Shown here: positions 38,848 through 49,200 of the stretch, piece after piece | Numbering within the stretch: the stretch's first letter is position 1 | Layout: every line of letters begins with the position of its first letter | From: a candidate division WOR-3 bacterium | GTDB taxonomy: Bacteria > Hydrothermota > Tepidihabitantia > Tepidihabitantales > Tepidihabitantaceae | Length of the DNA stretch: 64,000 bases | Assembly: GCA_965649225.1 (NCBI GenBank) | Contig: CBFGJX010000005.1 | Coordinates: 32,001 to 96,000, forward strand | Direction: 5' to 3' | Made by a program: the position numbers and the translations under genes | Notes under the pieces: model-generated | The model's database searches: none | Seen by the model: only the letters and a program-made list of their open reading frames with translations | What the model was told of the DNA's origin: nothing

Positions 38848-38940
38848 GTGCGTCCTGTCCATTCGGTTCATGACTAACGAGCTTTCCTTTTGCAGTGTCT
38901 GTCAGCATTTGACTGTTTTGTGTTGCACCAGGAGGTCGTG

Positions 38941-39699
38941 TTGGAGATAGCAGTCTGCCTCAAACGCGTGCCGGATACTTCCGAAGCGGATGTGAAAGTC
39001 GATGTTTCGGGCCGGGACATTGTGACCGAGCGTCTGGCGTTCACCATCAATGAATCAGACAACTATGCCCTGGAAGAAGCGCTACTGGCCAAGGAGAAGC
39101 TGGGGGCCAATGTGACGCTGGTTTCGGTCGGTCCGAAACCGGCGGAAGAAGTGCTGCGGATGGGGCTGGCCAAGGGCGCGACAGCGGCGGTGCGGATTGA
39201 CGACACCGGGCTGACCGGTGCCGGGCCGGTTGCGGTTGCCCGGGCGCTCGCCGGCTTTTTCGCTACCCGGCAGTTTGACATCATTTTTACCGGTTGCATT
39301 GCGGCTGATGACGGCAGCTCCACTGTCGGGCCGGCGCTGGCCGAACTGCTGGGCATGCCGCACGCGGCCTATGTGACCCGGCTGGAATACGCCGACGGGT
39401 CGGTGACGGTCAAACGGGAGCTGGAAGGGGGAATGCTCGAAGTCAAACAGCTCAGCCTGCCCTGTGTGATTACAATTCAGACCGGCGGCAATACGCCGCG
39501 CTATGCTTCAATCATGGGCATCAAGCGTGCCGGGGCACGGCCGATTGAGACGGTGACGCCGGCGGCAGTGACGGCGGACATCGAGCTGGTCCGGTTGTTT
39601 GTGCCCGAGCTGGCCGGGGCAGCCGAGATGATAGAAGGCACGATAGATGAAAAGGCGGCACGGCTTGCCCGGTTGATCAAGGAGAAGGGAGTACTGTGA
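38941..39699 (+). CDS. etfB: Electron transfer flavoprotein subunit beta
   Basis: IAVCLKRVPD, INESDNYALEEAL, VSVGP, PRYASIMGI; aggagg SD at 38930-38935. Confidence 0.94.
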   Translation: MEIAVCLKRVPDTSEADVKVDVSGRDIVTERLAFTINESDNYALEEALLAKEKLGANVTLVSVGPKPAEEVLRMGLAKGATAAVRIDDTGLTGAGPVAVARALAGFFATRQFDIIFTGCIAADDGSSTVGPALAELLGMPHAAYVTRLEYADGSVTVKRELEGGMLEVKQLSLPCVITIQTGGNTPRYASIMGIKRAGARPIETVTPAAVTADIELVRLFVPELAGAAEMIEGTIDEKAARLARLIKEKGVL

Positions 39700-40667
39700 T
39701 GGGCGACATCGCAGTTCTGGTTGAACACCGCGGCGGGGCGCTGCGCGACGTGACGCTGGAAATGCTGGCCGCGGCGCGTGGTCTGGCGGAACAGAGCGGC
39801 GCCAGTGTCGAAGCGCTGCTGCTGGCCGACCGGGCCGAACCGTTGATTGAGCCGCTGCGCGGGCTGGCGCATCGAGTAGTCTGGGCGGCGAGACCGGAAT
39901 TCGCCAGTTTTAATTATGAATCCTACCAGCGGGCGGCAGTTAAGTATCTGGCCGAGCGGCGGCCAAAGGTGCTGCTGGTTGCCCACTCGGCTTTTGGTGT
40001 TGACCTTGGACCGAGCCTGGCAGTTGCTGCCGGCTGTCCGGTGATTTCGGATGCAGTGACGCTGCAGCCTGAAGGGGAGGGGCTGAGGGTTGTACGCGGG
40101 ATGTATTCGGGCAAGCTCAACGCCGAATGGCGGTTGCGGGGTGAACCGCTGGTGGTGATGGTTCGCCAGTCAAGCTACAAGCCGGAACCGGCGGCGCTGG
40201 CGACGGAGATGCTGAACTGGGACCCGGCCGACTGCACTGCTCAGAAGACGAAATTCATCACGATTGAAGAGGTGCCGGTTGCCGGGGTTGATATCACCAA
40301 GGCGACGGTGATTGTTGCGGTCGGGCGTGGTATCAAGGAGGAAAAGAATCTGGCGCCGATTCGGGAACTGGCGGCGGCGATGGGCGCAGTGCTGGCCGCA
40401 TCACGGCCGGTGGTCGATGCCGGCTGGCTGCCGAAAGAGGTGCAGGTCGGTTCCTCGGGCAAGACGGTGAAGCCCAAACTTTATCTGGCGCTGGGTATTT
40501 CCGGTGCGTTCCAGCATGTTGCCGGCATGAAGGGGGCCGAAACCATCATTGCCGTCAACAAGGACCCGAAAGCACCGATTTTCGCCACCGCTCACTACGG
40601 CATTGTCGATGACCTGCACAAGGTGGTGCCGGTTCTGAAAGAGCGGATAAAGGAGCTGGTCGCGTGA
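39696..40667 (+). CDS. etfA: Electron transfer flavoprotein subunit alpha
   Basis: [53 protein letters not shown]. Confidence 0.95.
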   Translation: MMGDIAVLVEHRGGALRDVTLEMLAAARGLAEQSGASVEALLLADRAEPLIEPLRGLAHRVVWAARPEFASFNYESYQRAAVKYLAERRPKVLLVAHSAFGVDLGPSLAVAAGCPVISDAVTLQPEGEGLRVVRGMYSGKLNAEWRLRGEPLVVMVRQSSYKPEPAALATEMLNWDPADCTAQKTKFITIEEVPVAGVDITKATVIVAVGRGIKEEKNLAPIRELAAAMGAVLAASRPVVDAGWLPKEVQVGSSGKTVKPKLYLALGISGAFQHVAGMKGAETIIAVNKDPKAPIFATAHYGIVDDLHKVVPVLKERIKELVA

Positions 40668-42643
40668 ACGACAAGACTCAGGCGCGGATTGGAGTTTATG
40701 TCTGCCACTGCGGTGTCAACATCGCCCAGACCGTTGATGTTGCGGCGGTAGCTGAATACGCCGCCCGCCTGCCCGGAGTGGTGGTTGCCCGCGACTATCT
40801 GTACATGTGTTCCGACCCGGGGCAGGCATTGATCAAGAAGGACATCAGGGAACACAATCTGACCCGGGTTGTTGTTGCGGCGTGTTCACCGCGGATGCAC
40901 GAGCCGACTTTCCGCGGCGCGGTGTTTGGTGCCGGCATGAATCCCTATATGTTCGAGATGTGCAACATCCGGGAGCAGTGTTCCTGGGTTCATCCGGACC
41001 GGACTGAAGCTACCATCAAGGCCAAGGACCTTTTGCGCAGTGCCGTTGCCCGGGCCCGGCTGCTGGAAGAGTTGTCCGAGCGTTTTGCCGGCGTGAGCAA
41101 GGCAGTGCTGGTAGTGGGCGGCGGCATCGCCGGTATTCAGGCAGCGCTGGATGTTGCCGAGGCCGGCTACAAAGTCTATCTGGTCGAGAAGTCGCCATCG
41201 ATCGGCGGGCACATGGCGCAGCTGGACAAGACTTTCCCGACACTGGACTGCTCGGCCTGCATCCTGACCCCGAAGATGGTTGACGCCGCCCGGCATCCGA
41301 ACATCGAGCTGATTACGCTTGCCGAAGTCACTTCGGTCAGCGGTTTTGTCGGCAACTTCAAGGCCCGGGTGCGGCAGCAGCCGCGGTTTGTCAATCTGGC
41401 CGAGTGTACCGCCTGCGGCGATTGTGCCAAAGTCTGTCCGCAGCGGTTTCCGGACGAGTTCAATCTCGGACTCTCGACCCGGGGCGCAATCTATCAGCCG
41501 TTTCCGCAGGCGGTGCCGGCGGCTTTTGTCCGTAACGAGCAGCAGTGTCTGGGCAGTCTGCCGCTGGCCTGCGGCAAGTGCATCCAGGCCTGTGAGAAGA
41601 AGTGCATTGACTTCGACCAGTCAATCATCGAGCGGGAGCTGGAAGTCGGGGCAATCATCATTGCCACCGGCATGGAGGTTTTTGACCCGACGGTACTGCC
41701 GGAGTTCGGCTACGGCAAGTACGACGACGTGCTGACCGCACTGGAGTTCGAACGGCTGAGTTCGGCGGGCGGGCCAACCGGCGGCAAGATTGTCCGGATC
41801 AGCGACTGCGAGCCGCCCCGAGATGTCGTGTTCATTCACTGCGTTGGTTCGCGCGACAAGGCCATTGGTAATGAGTACTGCTCACGCGTCTGCTGCATGT
41901 TCATCATCAAGCAGGCGCATTTGCTGCATGACAAGCTGCCCGAGTGCCGGATTACTTCCTACTACATGGACATTCGAGCATTTGGCAAGGGCTTCGAGGA
42001 GTTCTACGACCGGGTGCGCGACGAAGGTGTAATCTTCCGTCGCGGCAAGCCCTCGGAGATTTTCCGGCGGGGCGAACGACTGGTGGTGCGGGTAGATGAT
42101 ACCCTGCTCGGGCGGGTGATTGAGCACGAGACCGACATGGTCGTACTCGGAGTTGGACTGGTGCCCAGTGAAGGTGCCCGGGAACTGGCCCAGATGCTGA
42201 AGCTGTCCTGCTCGGCTGACCGGTTTTTCCTCGAGGCCCATCCGAAGCTGCGGCCGGTTGATTCGACGATCGACGGCGTTTATCTGGCCGGCTGCTGCCA
42301 GGGGCCGAAAGACATTCCGGATACGGTGGCACAGGCCAAGGGTGCGGCAGCCGCCGCGATCGCCCTGCTCAACCGGGGCAAGGTGCGGATTGAGCCGGTG
42401 GTGGCCGAGATTAACGCTGAGCTCTGTTCCGCCTGTCACATCTGCGAGGCGCTCTGCCCCTATTCGGCGCTGGCGTTTGACCCTGCCCGCGGAGTGATGA
42501 CTGTCAATGACGTGCTGTGCAAGGGTTGCGGTGTCTGTCCGTCAGCCTGCCCTTCGGGCGCAATAACGATGCGGCACTTCACCAATGCTCAGATTGTCGC
42601 CCAGGTCGATGCGCTGATGGTCGGCGAAGCGGCGGAGGCATAG
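40664..42643 (+). CDS. hdrA: Heterodisulfide reductase subunit A-like flavo/iron-sulfur protein
   Basis: YVCHCG.NI, CSDPGQ, AACSPRMH, NIREQCSWVH, GGGIAG, LDKTFPTLDCSACIL, CVGSRD..YCSRVCC, inserted and C-terminal ferredoxin motifs. Confidence 0.95.
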   Translation: MNDKTQARIGVYVCHCGVNIAQTVDVAAVAEYAARLPGVVVARDYLYMCSDPGQALIKKDIREHNLTRVVVAACSPRMHEPTFRGAVFGAGMNPYMFEMCNIREQCSWVHPDRTEATIKAKDLLRSAVARARLLEELSERFAGVSKAVLVVGGGIAGIQAALDVAEAGYKVYLVEKSPSIGGHMAQLDKTFPTLDCSACILTPKMVDAARHPNIELITLAEVTSVSGFVGNFKARVRQQPRFVNLAECTACGDCAKVCPQRFPDEFNLGLSTRGAIYQPFPQAVPAAFVRNEQQCLGSLPLACGKCIQACEKKCIDFDQSIIERELEVGAIIIATGMEVFDPTVLPEFGYGKYDDVLTALEFERLSSAGGPTGGKIVRISDCEPPRDVVFIHCVGSRDKAIGNEYCSRVCCMFIIKQAHLLHDKLPECRITSYYMDIRAFGKGFEEFYDRVRDEGVIFRRGKPSEIFRRGERLVVRVDDTLLGRVIEHETDMVVLGVGLVPSEGARELAQMLKLSCSADRFFLEAHPKLRPVDSTIDGVYLAGCCQGPKDIPDTVAQAKGAAAAAIALLNRGKVRIEPVVAEINAELCSACHICEALCPYSALAFDPARGVMTVNDVLCKGCGVCPSACPSGAITMRHFTNAQIVAQVDALMVGEAAEA

Positions 42644-43081
42644 ATGGCTGAGTTTGAACCCCGAATACTCGGTTTTGCCTGCAACTGGTGCTGCTATGCC
42701 GGTGCCGACCTTGCGGGTACGACGCGGATGACCTATCCGGCCAATCTGCGGATTATCCGGGTGATGTGTTCCGGGCGGATCGACCCGCAGTTTGTTCTGC
42801 GGGCTTTCGCCGAGGGCGCCGATGGCGTTTTCATCGGCGGCTGTCATCCCGGCGACTGCCACTATGTTTCGGGCAATTACAAGACTCAGCGTCGGGTGGC
42901 ACTGCTGCGGCAGCTGCTGGCCGGTTTGAATATCGAGCCGGAGCGGTTGGAGCTGCAATGGGTGTCGGCTTCTGAGGGGCAGCGTTTTGCCGAAGCGGTA
43001 ACGGCTTTCACCGAGAAGGTTCGCCGGCTGGGGCCGCTGGGTTATGTTCCGCTCGGACATGCCCGGCCGGTTTCGCATTAG
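42644..43081 (+). CDS. mvhD: MvhD-like [2Fe-2S] subunit
   Basis: FACNWCCYAGADLAG, RVMCSGRIDP, GCHPGDCHY..GN, WVSASEG. Confidence 0.93.
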   Translation: MAEFEPRILGFACNWCCYAGADLAGTTRMTYPANLRIIRVMCSGRIDPQFVLRAFAEGADGVFIGGCHPGDCHYVSGNYKTQRRVALLRQLLAGLNIEPERLELQWVSASEGQRFAEAVTAFTEKVRRLGPLGYVPLGHARPVSH

Positions 43082-43113
43082 CCGGCGGGACGCGCGACGG
43101 GCGGTCACGCGGG

Positions 43114-43143
43114 TTGACACCATAACCAACAGCGTCGTATAAT
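43114..43143 (+). promoter_or_regulatory. Consensus sigma70 promoter for the propeller gene pair
   Basis: TTGACA(43114-43119)-18-TATAAT(43138-43143). Confidence 0.7.
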
Positions 43144-43300
43144 CTGGCGTCAGATGGCTGAAGCCGGAGGCGGGCCGGCGACAGCGCTGGCCGTCGTCGG
43201 GACCCCTCCGCACTGAAGCCCCGGCCCGGTTGCTCGGGTGCGGGTTACCACCTGAGACAAGTTCTGTAGTTTGGCCTGTTGGACAGAAGAGGAGGCGCAG

Positions 43301-46201
43301 ATGGAGCATCGCTATGGTCGGTCCGGGATTGCGGTCGTCATGGCCGCACTGGCGGTAGTTACGGCTACCGCCTTCGCCGAAATCGAGGTGTGGCGTTCCG
43401 GCTACAACGGGACGGCAAATGACTGGGACAGTTATCTGGCGCTGGCATTGACACCGGACAGTGCCGTGGCCGCTGCCGGTTATGTCGTCAATGCCGCGAC
43501 CGGTCGCGATGTCGTTGTTGCCAAACTGCGCCGCAGTACCGGTGAAACGCTCTGGGTGCGGACATGGAACCGGAGCGGTACCAGCTTTGACATGGGGCTG
43601 GCAGTCGCGGTGGATGCTGCCGGCAACATTTTTGTCGCCGGCAAAACCTATACTGCGGCCACGGACAGTGACTACGTGACGCTGAAGTATGAGCCAGACG
43701 GGACCCTGGCCTGGGCGCAGACTTACCACAACGCCGGTGGTGATGTCGCCCGGGCGGTTGTCCCGGACGGCCGGGGTGGCGTATTCGTGACCGGACGTTC
43801 CAACGCGGTTGCCGGCAATGCCGCAGCCGACTATCTGACAATCCACTACGACGCCAGTGGCAGCGCGCGCTGGACCGCGCGCTACAACGGACCGGGCAAT
43901 GCCGGAGATTTTCCCACTGCTGCTGTCCTTGACCGGGCCGGCAATCTGTATGTTACCGGCTACTCGTGGACCGGCAGCGTGCCGCAGTATGACTACTGCA
44001 CGGTTCGCTACGATACCACCAGCGGTGACACGGTCTGGGTGCGTCGCTACGACGGTACCGCTTCTTCGCCGAAGGCTGACTTCGCCTACGGTATCACGAC
44101 CGATGATTCCGGTTACATCTATGTCACCGGCCGGGCCGGCGAGGTCGGTTCCTGGTATGATGCCACGACTGTCAAGTATCACCCCAACGGTGGTCAGGTC
44201 TGGGTGAACCGTTTCGATGCCGGTGACCTCGGGCTTGACGGCGGTTCGCACATCGCGGTTGATGCCGGCTATCGGGTTTTTGTCGCCGGCTTCAGCGAAA
44301 GCGAGAGCACGGCCTATGACGGGCTGGTGTTCCGGATCAATCAGCAGGATAACTCGGTGGTCTGGTATCGCCGGTTCAACCACGTCAACGATGATGACAG
44401 TACTGTGGCGATGGCGGTGGATGCCGCCGGCAACTGTTATCTGCTCGTGAGTGTCACTACTTTTGAGGGTGATTACGACTGGGCGACCGTGAAATACACC
44501 GCGGCGGGCACGCGGGCCTGGACCGCGTATCTTCAGACCTATGACGAAGACGATGAACCGTTCGCAGCGGCCGTCGATGAACGGGGCGACGTTTACTGTG
44601 CCGGTTACTACTATCCGGTTTCGAGCGAAAACTGTGTGGTGGTCAAGTACACCGAAACGGACGTCGGCGCGCTGCGGGTCGTTTTCCCGGCTGATACGTT
44701 CCGCACACGGGCGCAGGTGGTGCCGCGTGCCTGGGTGCGTAACTATTCGGGAGTGGCGCAGAGTTTTTCGGTGCGGATGGAGATTTCCGGCGGGATTTAC
44801 TATGATTCACGGGTGGTCAGCGGGCTGGCCCCGTACGACTCGGCACTGGTGGAGTTCGAGGCCTGGCCGGTGCGTGATGTCGGTACCTTTGCGGTGTCGT
44901 GTTTCACGGTGTTGAGCACCGACAAGGAACCTGGTAACGATACTGCCCGTGGTTCTGTGACCGGGGTGGAGGTCTGGGAGTTTCTGGCCGGAATGCCGGC
45001 CGGTCCGAAGAACCGGGGCGTGAAGGACGGCGGCGCGCTGACGGCAGTGGACAGTTTTGTCTTTGCCCTCAAGGGCAACAACTCGGTTGAGTTCTACCGT
45101 TACAACATCAATCAGCAGACCTGGGTTGAGGTTGATTCGATGCCGCCGCTGGGCAGTACCGGTTCGAAAAAGCGGGTCAAGGCCGGTGGCAGCCTGACCG
45201 CGGACAGCAGCGGCTACGTCTATGCGCTGAAGGGTAACAACACTGCCGAGTTTTTCCGCTACAGCGTCAGCGGTGATACCTGGCGGTCGCTGGCCGAGTT
45301 CCCCACCGGCAGCGGGCGGCGGGTCAAGGGCGGCGGCGGACTGGCTTACGTGCCGGCGCTGCACCGGATCTACGCCGTCAAAGGTAACAATACGCTTGAG
45401 TTTGCCTGGTATGACATTGCCGCCGGCACCTGGCACATGGCGGCTCCGATACCGGCCGGCGACCGCAACAAGAAGGCCAAAGACGGCACCGTGCTGGCAA
45501 GCGATGGCGTCAACACCTGTTACCTGCTGAAGGGCGGTACCAACGAGTTCTTTGCCTACGACATTGCAGCCAACCAGTGGCGGCCTTTGAAGCCGATTCC
45601 GAACTCCTACATCTATGCCAAGAAACGCAAGATGAAGAAGGGCGGGGCCGGCGCATTCGATTACCGTTACAATCGCTTCTATGCGATGAAGGGTGGCAAG
45701 ACCTGCGAGTTCTGGTACTACGACCCCGGGCAGGATTCCTGGGTGAGTGTTGACGACAGTTTCCCGCGTCCGCTGGGCACAAAGCCGCCCTACAATGGTG
45801 CCAGTCTCTGCTACGGTTCCGGCAAGATTTACGCCCTGCGCGGCAACAAGACGCTGGATTTTCTGCGCTACAACGCCGACCTGCCATTGGAGCCGGGCGG
45901 CGGAGTTCAGGCCGGTCCGGCCGCGCTCAGGCGGCTGGACTTTACGGTCTGGCCGAATCCGGTTTTCAACCAGGCCGCGCTTCAGGTGGAGCTGCCGGTG
46001 CCGGCCCGGGTGAAGCTGGCATTGTACGATGTGAGTGGCCGTCAGGCGGCGGTTGTTTTTGATGGTGCTGCAGCGCCCGGAAGGCACAGCTTTCAACTCG
46101 ATGCCCGGGGACTGGCAGGCGGAGTGTATCTGCTGCGGCTTTCCGCCGAAACCGGTACGGCCAGCATAGAGACGGGCCGCAAGCTGATGGTCGTCCGGTA
46201 A
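43301..46201 (+). CDS. Secreted protein: SBBP-like propeller + Ig/CARDB-like domain + Kelch-like propeller + T9SS-type CTD
   Basis: gaggagg SD; signal peptide; repeats AVD..GN.YVTG...DY.T.KY...G..W; repeats YALKGNNT.EF.RY; C-term WPNPV..LYDVSGRQ..LAGGVYLLRL..KLMVVR. Confidence 0.85.
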   Translation: MEHRYGRSGIAVVMAALAVVTATAFAEIEVWRSGYNGTANDWDSYLALALTPDSAVAAAGYVVNAATGRDVVVAKLRRSTGETLWVRTWNRSGTSFDMGLAVAVDAAGNIFVAGKTYTAATDSDYVTLKYEPDGTLAWAQTYHNAGGDVARAVVPDGRGGVFVTGRSNAVAGNAAADYLTIHYDASGSARWTARYNGPGNAGDFPTAAVLDRAGNLYVTGYSWTGSVPQYDYCTVRYDTTSGDTVWVRRYDGTASSPKADFAYGITTDDSGYIYVTGRAGEVGSWYDATTVKYHPNGGQVWVNRFDAGDLGLDGGSHIAVDAGYRVFVAGFSESESTAYDGLVFRINQQDNSVVWYRRFNHVNDDDSTVAMAVDAAGNCYLLVSVTTFEGDYDWATVKYTAAGTRAWTAYLQTYDEDDEPFAAAVDERGDVYCAGYYYPVSSENCVVVKYTETDVGALRVVFPADTFRTRAQVVPRAWVRNYSGVAQSFSVRMEISGGIYYDSRVVSGLAPYDSALVEFEAWPVRDVGTFAVSCFTVLSTDKEPGNDTARGSVTGVEVWEFLAGMPAGPKNRGVKDGGALTAVDSFVFALKGNNSVEFYRYNINQQTWVEVDSMPPLGSTGSKKRVKAGGSLTADSSGYVYALKGNNTAEFFRYSVSGDTWRSLAEFPTGSGRRVKGGGGLAYVPALHRIYAVKGNNTLEFAWYDIAAGTWHMAAPIPAGDRNKKAKDGTVLASDGVNTCYLLKGGTNEFFAYDIAANQWRPLKPIPNSYIYAKKRKMKKGGAGAFDYRYNRFYAMKGGKTCEFWYYDPGQDSWVSVDDSFPRPLGTKPPYNGASLCYGSGKIYALRGNKTLDFLRYNADLPLEPGGGVQAGPAALRRLDFTVWPNPVFNQAALQVELPVPARVKLALYDVSGRQAAVVFDGAAAPGRHSFQLDARGLAGGVYLLRLSAETGTASIETGRKLMVVR

Positions 46202-46215
46202 ACCGGGGCGGCCAT

Positions 46216-49200
46216 ATGAGCAACCAGATGCGGATTCTGGCGTTTGGTGCCGTGATTCTGTCGGGGGTGGCTGCGGCTGCCCCCGACACCCTGTGGCTGC
46301 GCCATTTTGTCGGTGACAGCGCCAAGCGGCTCAACCGGGCTGCCGATATCGTTGTCGACCGGCAGCGGGCAGCGGTCTATGTCGGCGGGTCGGTGGAGAA
46401 TCTTGTACTGAGTGGCGGCTTCTGGCGACCGGTCAGCGACATGGGAGTTGTCCGCTACAGCCTGTCCGGCCAGCTGCAGTGGCGGCAGGCCTACGGTGGA
46501 AACGCCTCGGCCGGTTCTGAGGGAGATATGGCGCACGCGCTGGCGCTGGACTCGGCGGGCAATATCTACGTTGCCGGCGTGACCGAGAATAACGCACCAC
46601 GGCTGCGTGACTACTCCTACTGCAAGTACAGCCCAGCCGGTACGGCACTGTGGACACGGAAGAGCCTTGACGCCAACGGTGATGACGCTTTCTTCGACAT
46701 TGCAGTCGGGCGCGGCGGTCAGTTGTATGCCTGCGGTACGCGGCTCGATCCGGCCAGCGGTCTAAACGGCTATCTCGTCGTGCGGCTGGATCCGTCGACC
46801 GGCGATACGGTCTGGACCCGTTCCTATGTGCTTGATACGACGGCGAAGCTGCGCCAGCGTCGCCGCAAGCTGCATCCCGATTTTTTGACTCTCGACTACG
46901 ATGAGTGGGATAATTGCGCAACGGCCATCGCCGTTGACCCGCGTGACGGTGGCGTTGTCACCACTGGTTTCGGTTACGACAACCTGAACGATCTCTACTA
47001 TGAGTGGTGGACGATGAAGCACGACACCACCGGCGCGGTTGTCTGGCAGACGGTCAGTCACACGCAGAACACCGGGCTGATTGACGATGATGACGTGGCG
47101 TTCGACGTGGCCGTCGATGATTCGGGTTACGTCTATGCCTGCGGTTTTACCTACTGGAATGCGGCGCGGGATTATGAGTTTGCGGTGATGAAGTTCAGCC
47201 GAAATGGCCAGCGCCTCTACGCTCGTGAGTACGGCTTCAACACTGAGGGTGATGCCGATGCGGCTTACAGTCTGTGTCTAGACAACGCAGTGCCGCAAAA
47301 TCTGTATGTCACCGGCTATATCGGCTACTCCAGCCCGCTGGCGTGGCAGGTCGTGACGCACAAGTTTGTCACGACAACGATGAGCCGACTGTGGGGAACC
47401 GCCGGCGCGGTCTACGACGGCGGCCGGGCCAACGGTGATGATGCTGGTTACAAGGTGTTCTGGCAGGACCAGCGGGTGTATGTCGCCGGGGTCAGGGGAG
47501 CCGGCGGCGGGTTCAGCGATGACCTGCTGCTGCTCTGTTACTCGGATGCTGACGCTGCGTTGAAAGATACGCTGTGGACATTCACGTATGACTCACCGGA
47601 CAGCGCGAATGTCTATGAGGATTATGCCGCAGCGGTGTGGGTTGCCGATTCCGACAACGTTTACGTCGCCGGTCAGAGCCAGCGTGACAGTCTTGGCCGC
47701 AACTGGGTCTCGATGGTCACCGCCCGGCTGTTTGTACCCCGGCCGGATGCGGCGGTGGGTGCGGTTCTTGCTCCGACCGACACGGTGGCGCTCGGTGACA
47801 GTATCCGGCCGCGGGCGCTGGTGCAGAATCGTGGCAACACCCAGGCCAGCTTCCGTTCCTATTTCCGCATCAGCGATGGTTATGCCGACAGCATCGGACA
47901 TCTTGCGTTTGCGCCGGGTGATTCGGTGGTTGATACCTTTGCGCTGTGGGTTCCGGTCACCGCCGGCCCGGTCGTCGTACGCTGCAGCGTCGGACTCGCC
48001 GGCGACATCGTGCCGGCCAACGACCTGGTCGTCGAGTCGGTTTTTGTTGCGGTGCGCGATGTTGGCTGCGCGCGGATTGTCACGCCGGTTGGCATCGTTG
48101 ACTCGGGTACCGTTGTTACGCCCCGGGCCTGGCTGGTGAACCGGGGTAACGTTGCCGAGCAGTTCAGGGTGTTGTTTCGGATCGGCGACTTCTGGGCCGA
48201 CACGGTAACGGTCAATCTGCCGCCGGGCGACAGCGCCCTGGCGGGATTTGCCGATGTGACACTCCGGCAGCGTGGCTTGTGGGCAGCGGTTTGCTCGACG
48301 ATGCTGGCGGGAGATCGTAATCGACCCAACGACCGGGCTGAAGCAGCGGTGCGGGTGCGGGTAACCGATGCCGGGTTGGCCGCGGTTGAGGCGATTCCCG
48401 ATACGGTTGATTCAGGCAGTGTGCTTGTGCCGGCCCTACGGGTGGTCAATCTTGGCACCGACAGTGCGGTTGTGCGCGGCGCATTGCGACTGGCGCGGGG
48501 CGGGGTTGTCGGTTACGCCGATTCAGTCGACGTCACGCTCGCCCCTGGTGTGGAATCGCTTGTCGGCCTGGCGCCGACTTTGCCGTTGGTGTTGCTGGGC
48601 AGCTGGCAGTACGGCGCGTTTGTGCGACTGACGGGCGATCAGGTGCCGACCAATGACTCAATTGGCGGCGATTTTGTAGTCGTGCCGACCGGTGGAGCAG
48701 TCTGGCCGGCGGGCTGGTTCGAAGTTGCATCGGTGCCGCTGGGGGGCGGCCGGCCGGTGAAGGACGGCGGTTCTCTGGCGGCAGTTGAGCTGCGGGATAC
48801 GGCGTGGGTGTATGCTTTGAAGGGTAACAAAACCGGGGAGTTCTACCGTTATCGCATTCTTGGGGACAGCTGGCAGGTACGGGCAGTGATGCCGATGGGA
48901 CGTGAGGGCAAACCGCCGGGTCGCGGCGCGGCTCTGACCGAGCATTCGAGTGGCAGCGTCTACGCCGTCAAGGGCAATAACACGCTGGGTTTCTGGGAGT
49001 ACCGGCCGGCCGCCGACAGCTGGTTACAGCTTGCCGATGTGCCGCTGGGAATCAATGGCAAGAAGGTAAAGGGCGGTAGCGACCTGGTGGCGGTTCATGA
49101 TGGTGGCGAGGACTGGATTTACCTGATGAAGGGGTATCGCAACGAGTTCTACCGCTACCGCATCAGTTCGGGAACCTGGCAGACGCTGCCTGAGATGCCG

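Noticed and set aside
38489..38908. 139-aa minus-strand ORF upstream of the capsid-like ORF
   Set aside because: Pro/Gln/Ser-rich with no motif, and it overlaps the predicted etf promoter; probably non-coding.
40664..43081. Selenocysteine recoding in hdrA/mvhD
   Set aside because: Both frames are open, with Cys codons at the conserved positions and no in-frame TGA.
42542..44383. 613-aa minus-strand ORF, and similar long antisense ORFs (27719..29101, 56344..57666, 44807..46096, 22248..23492, 24771..25994)
   Set aside because: They lie opposite well-supported genes, have no recognisable motifs, and are expected shadow ORFs in GC-rich DNA.
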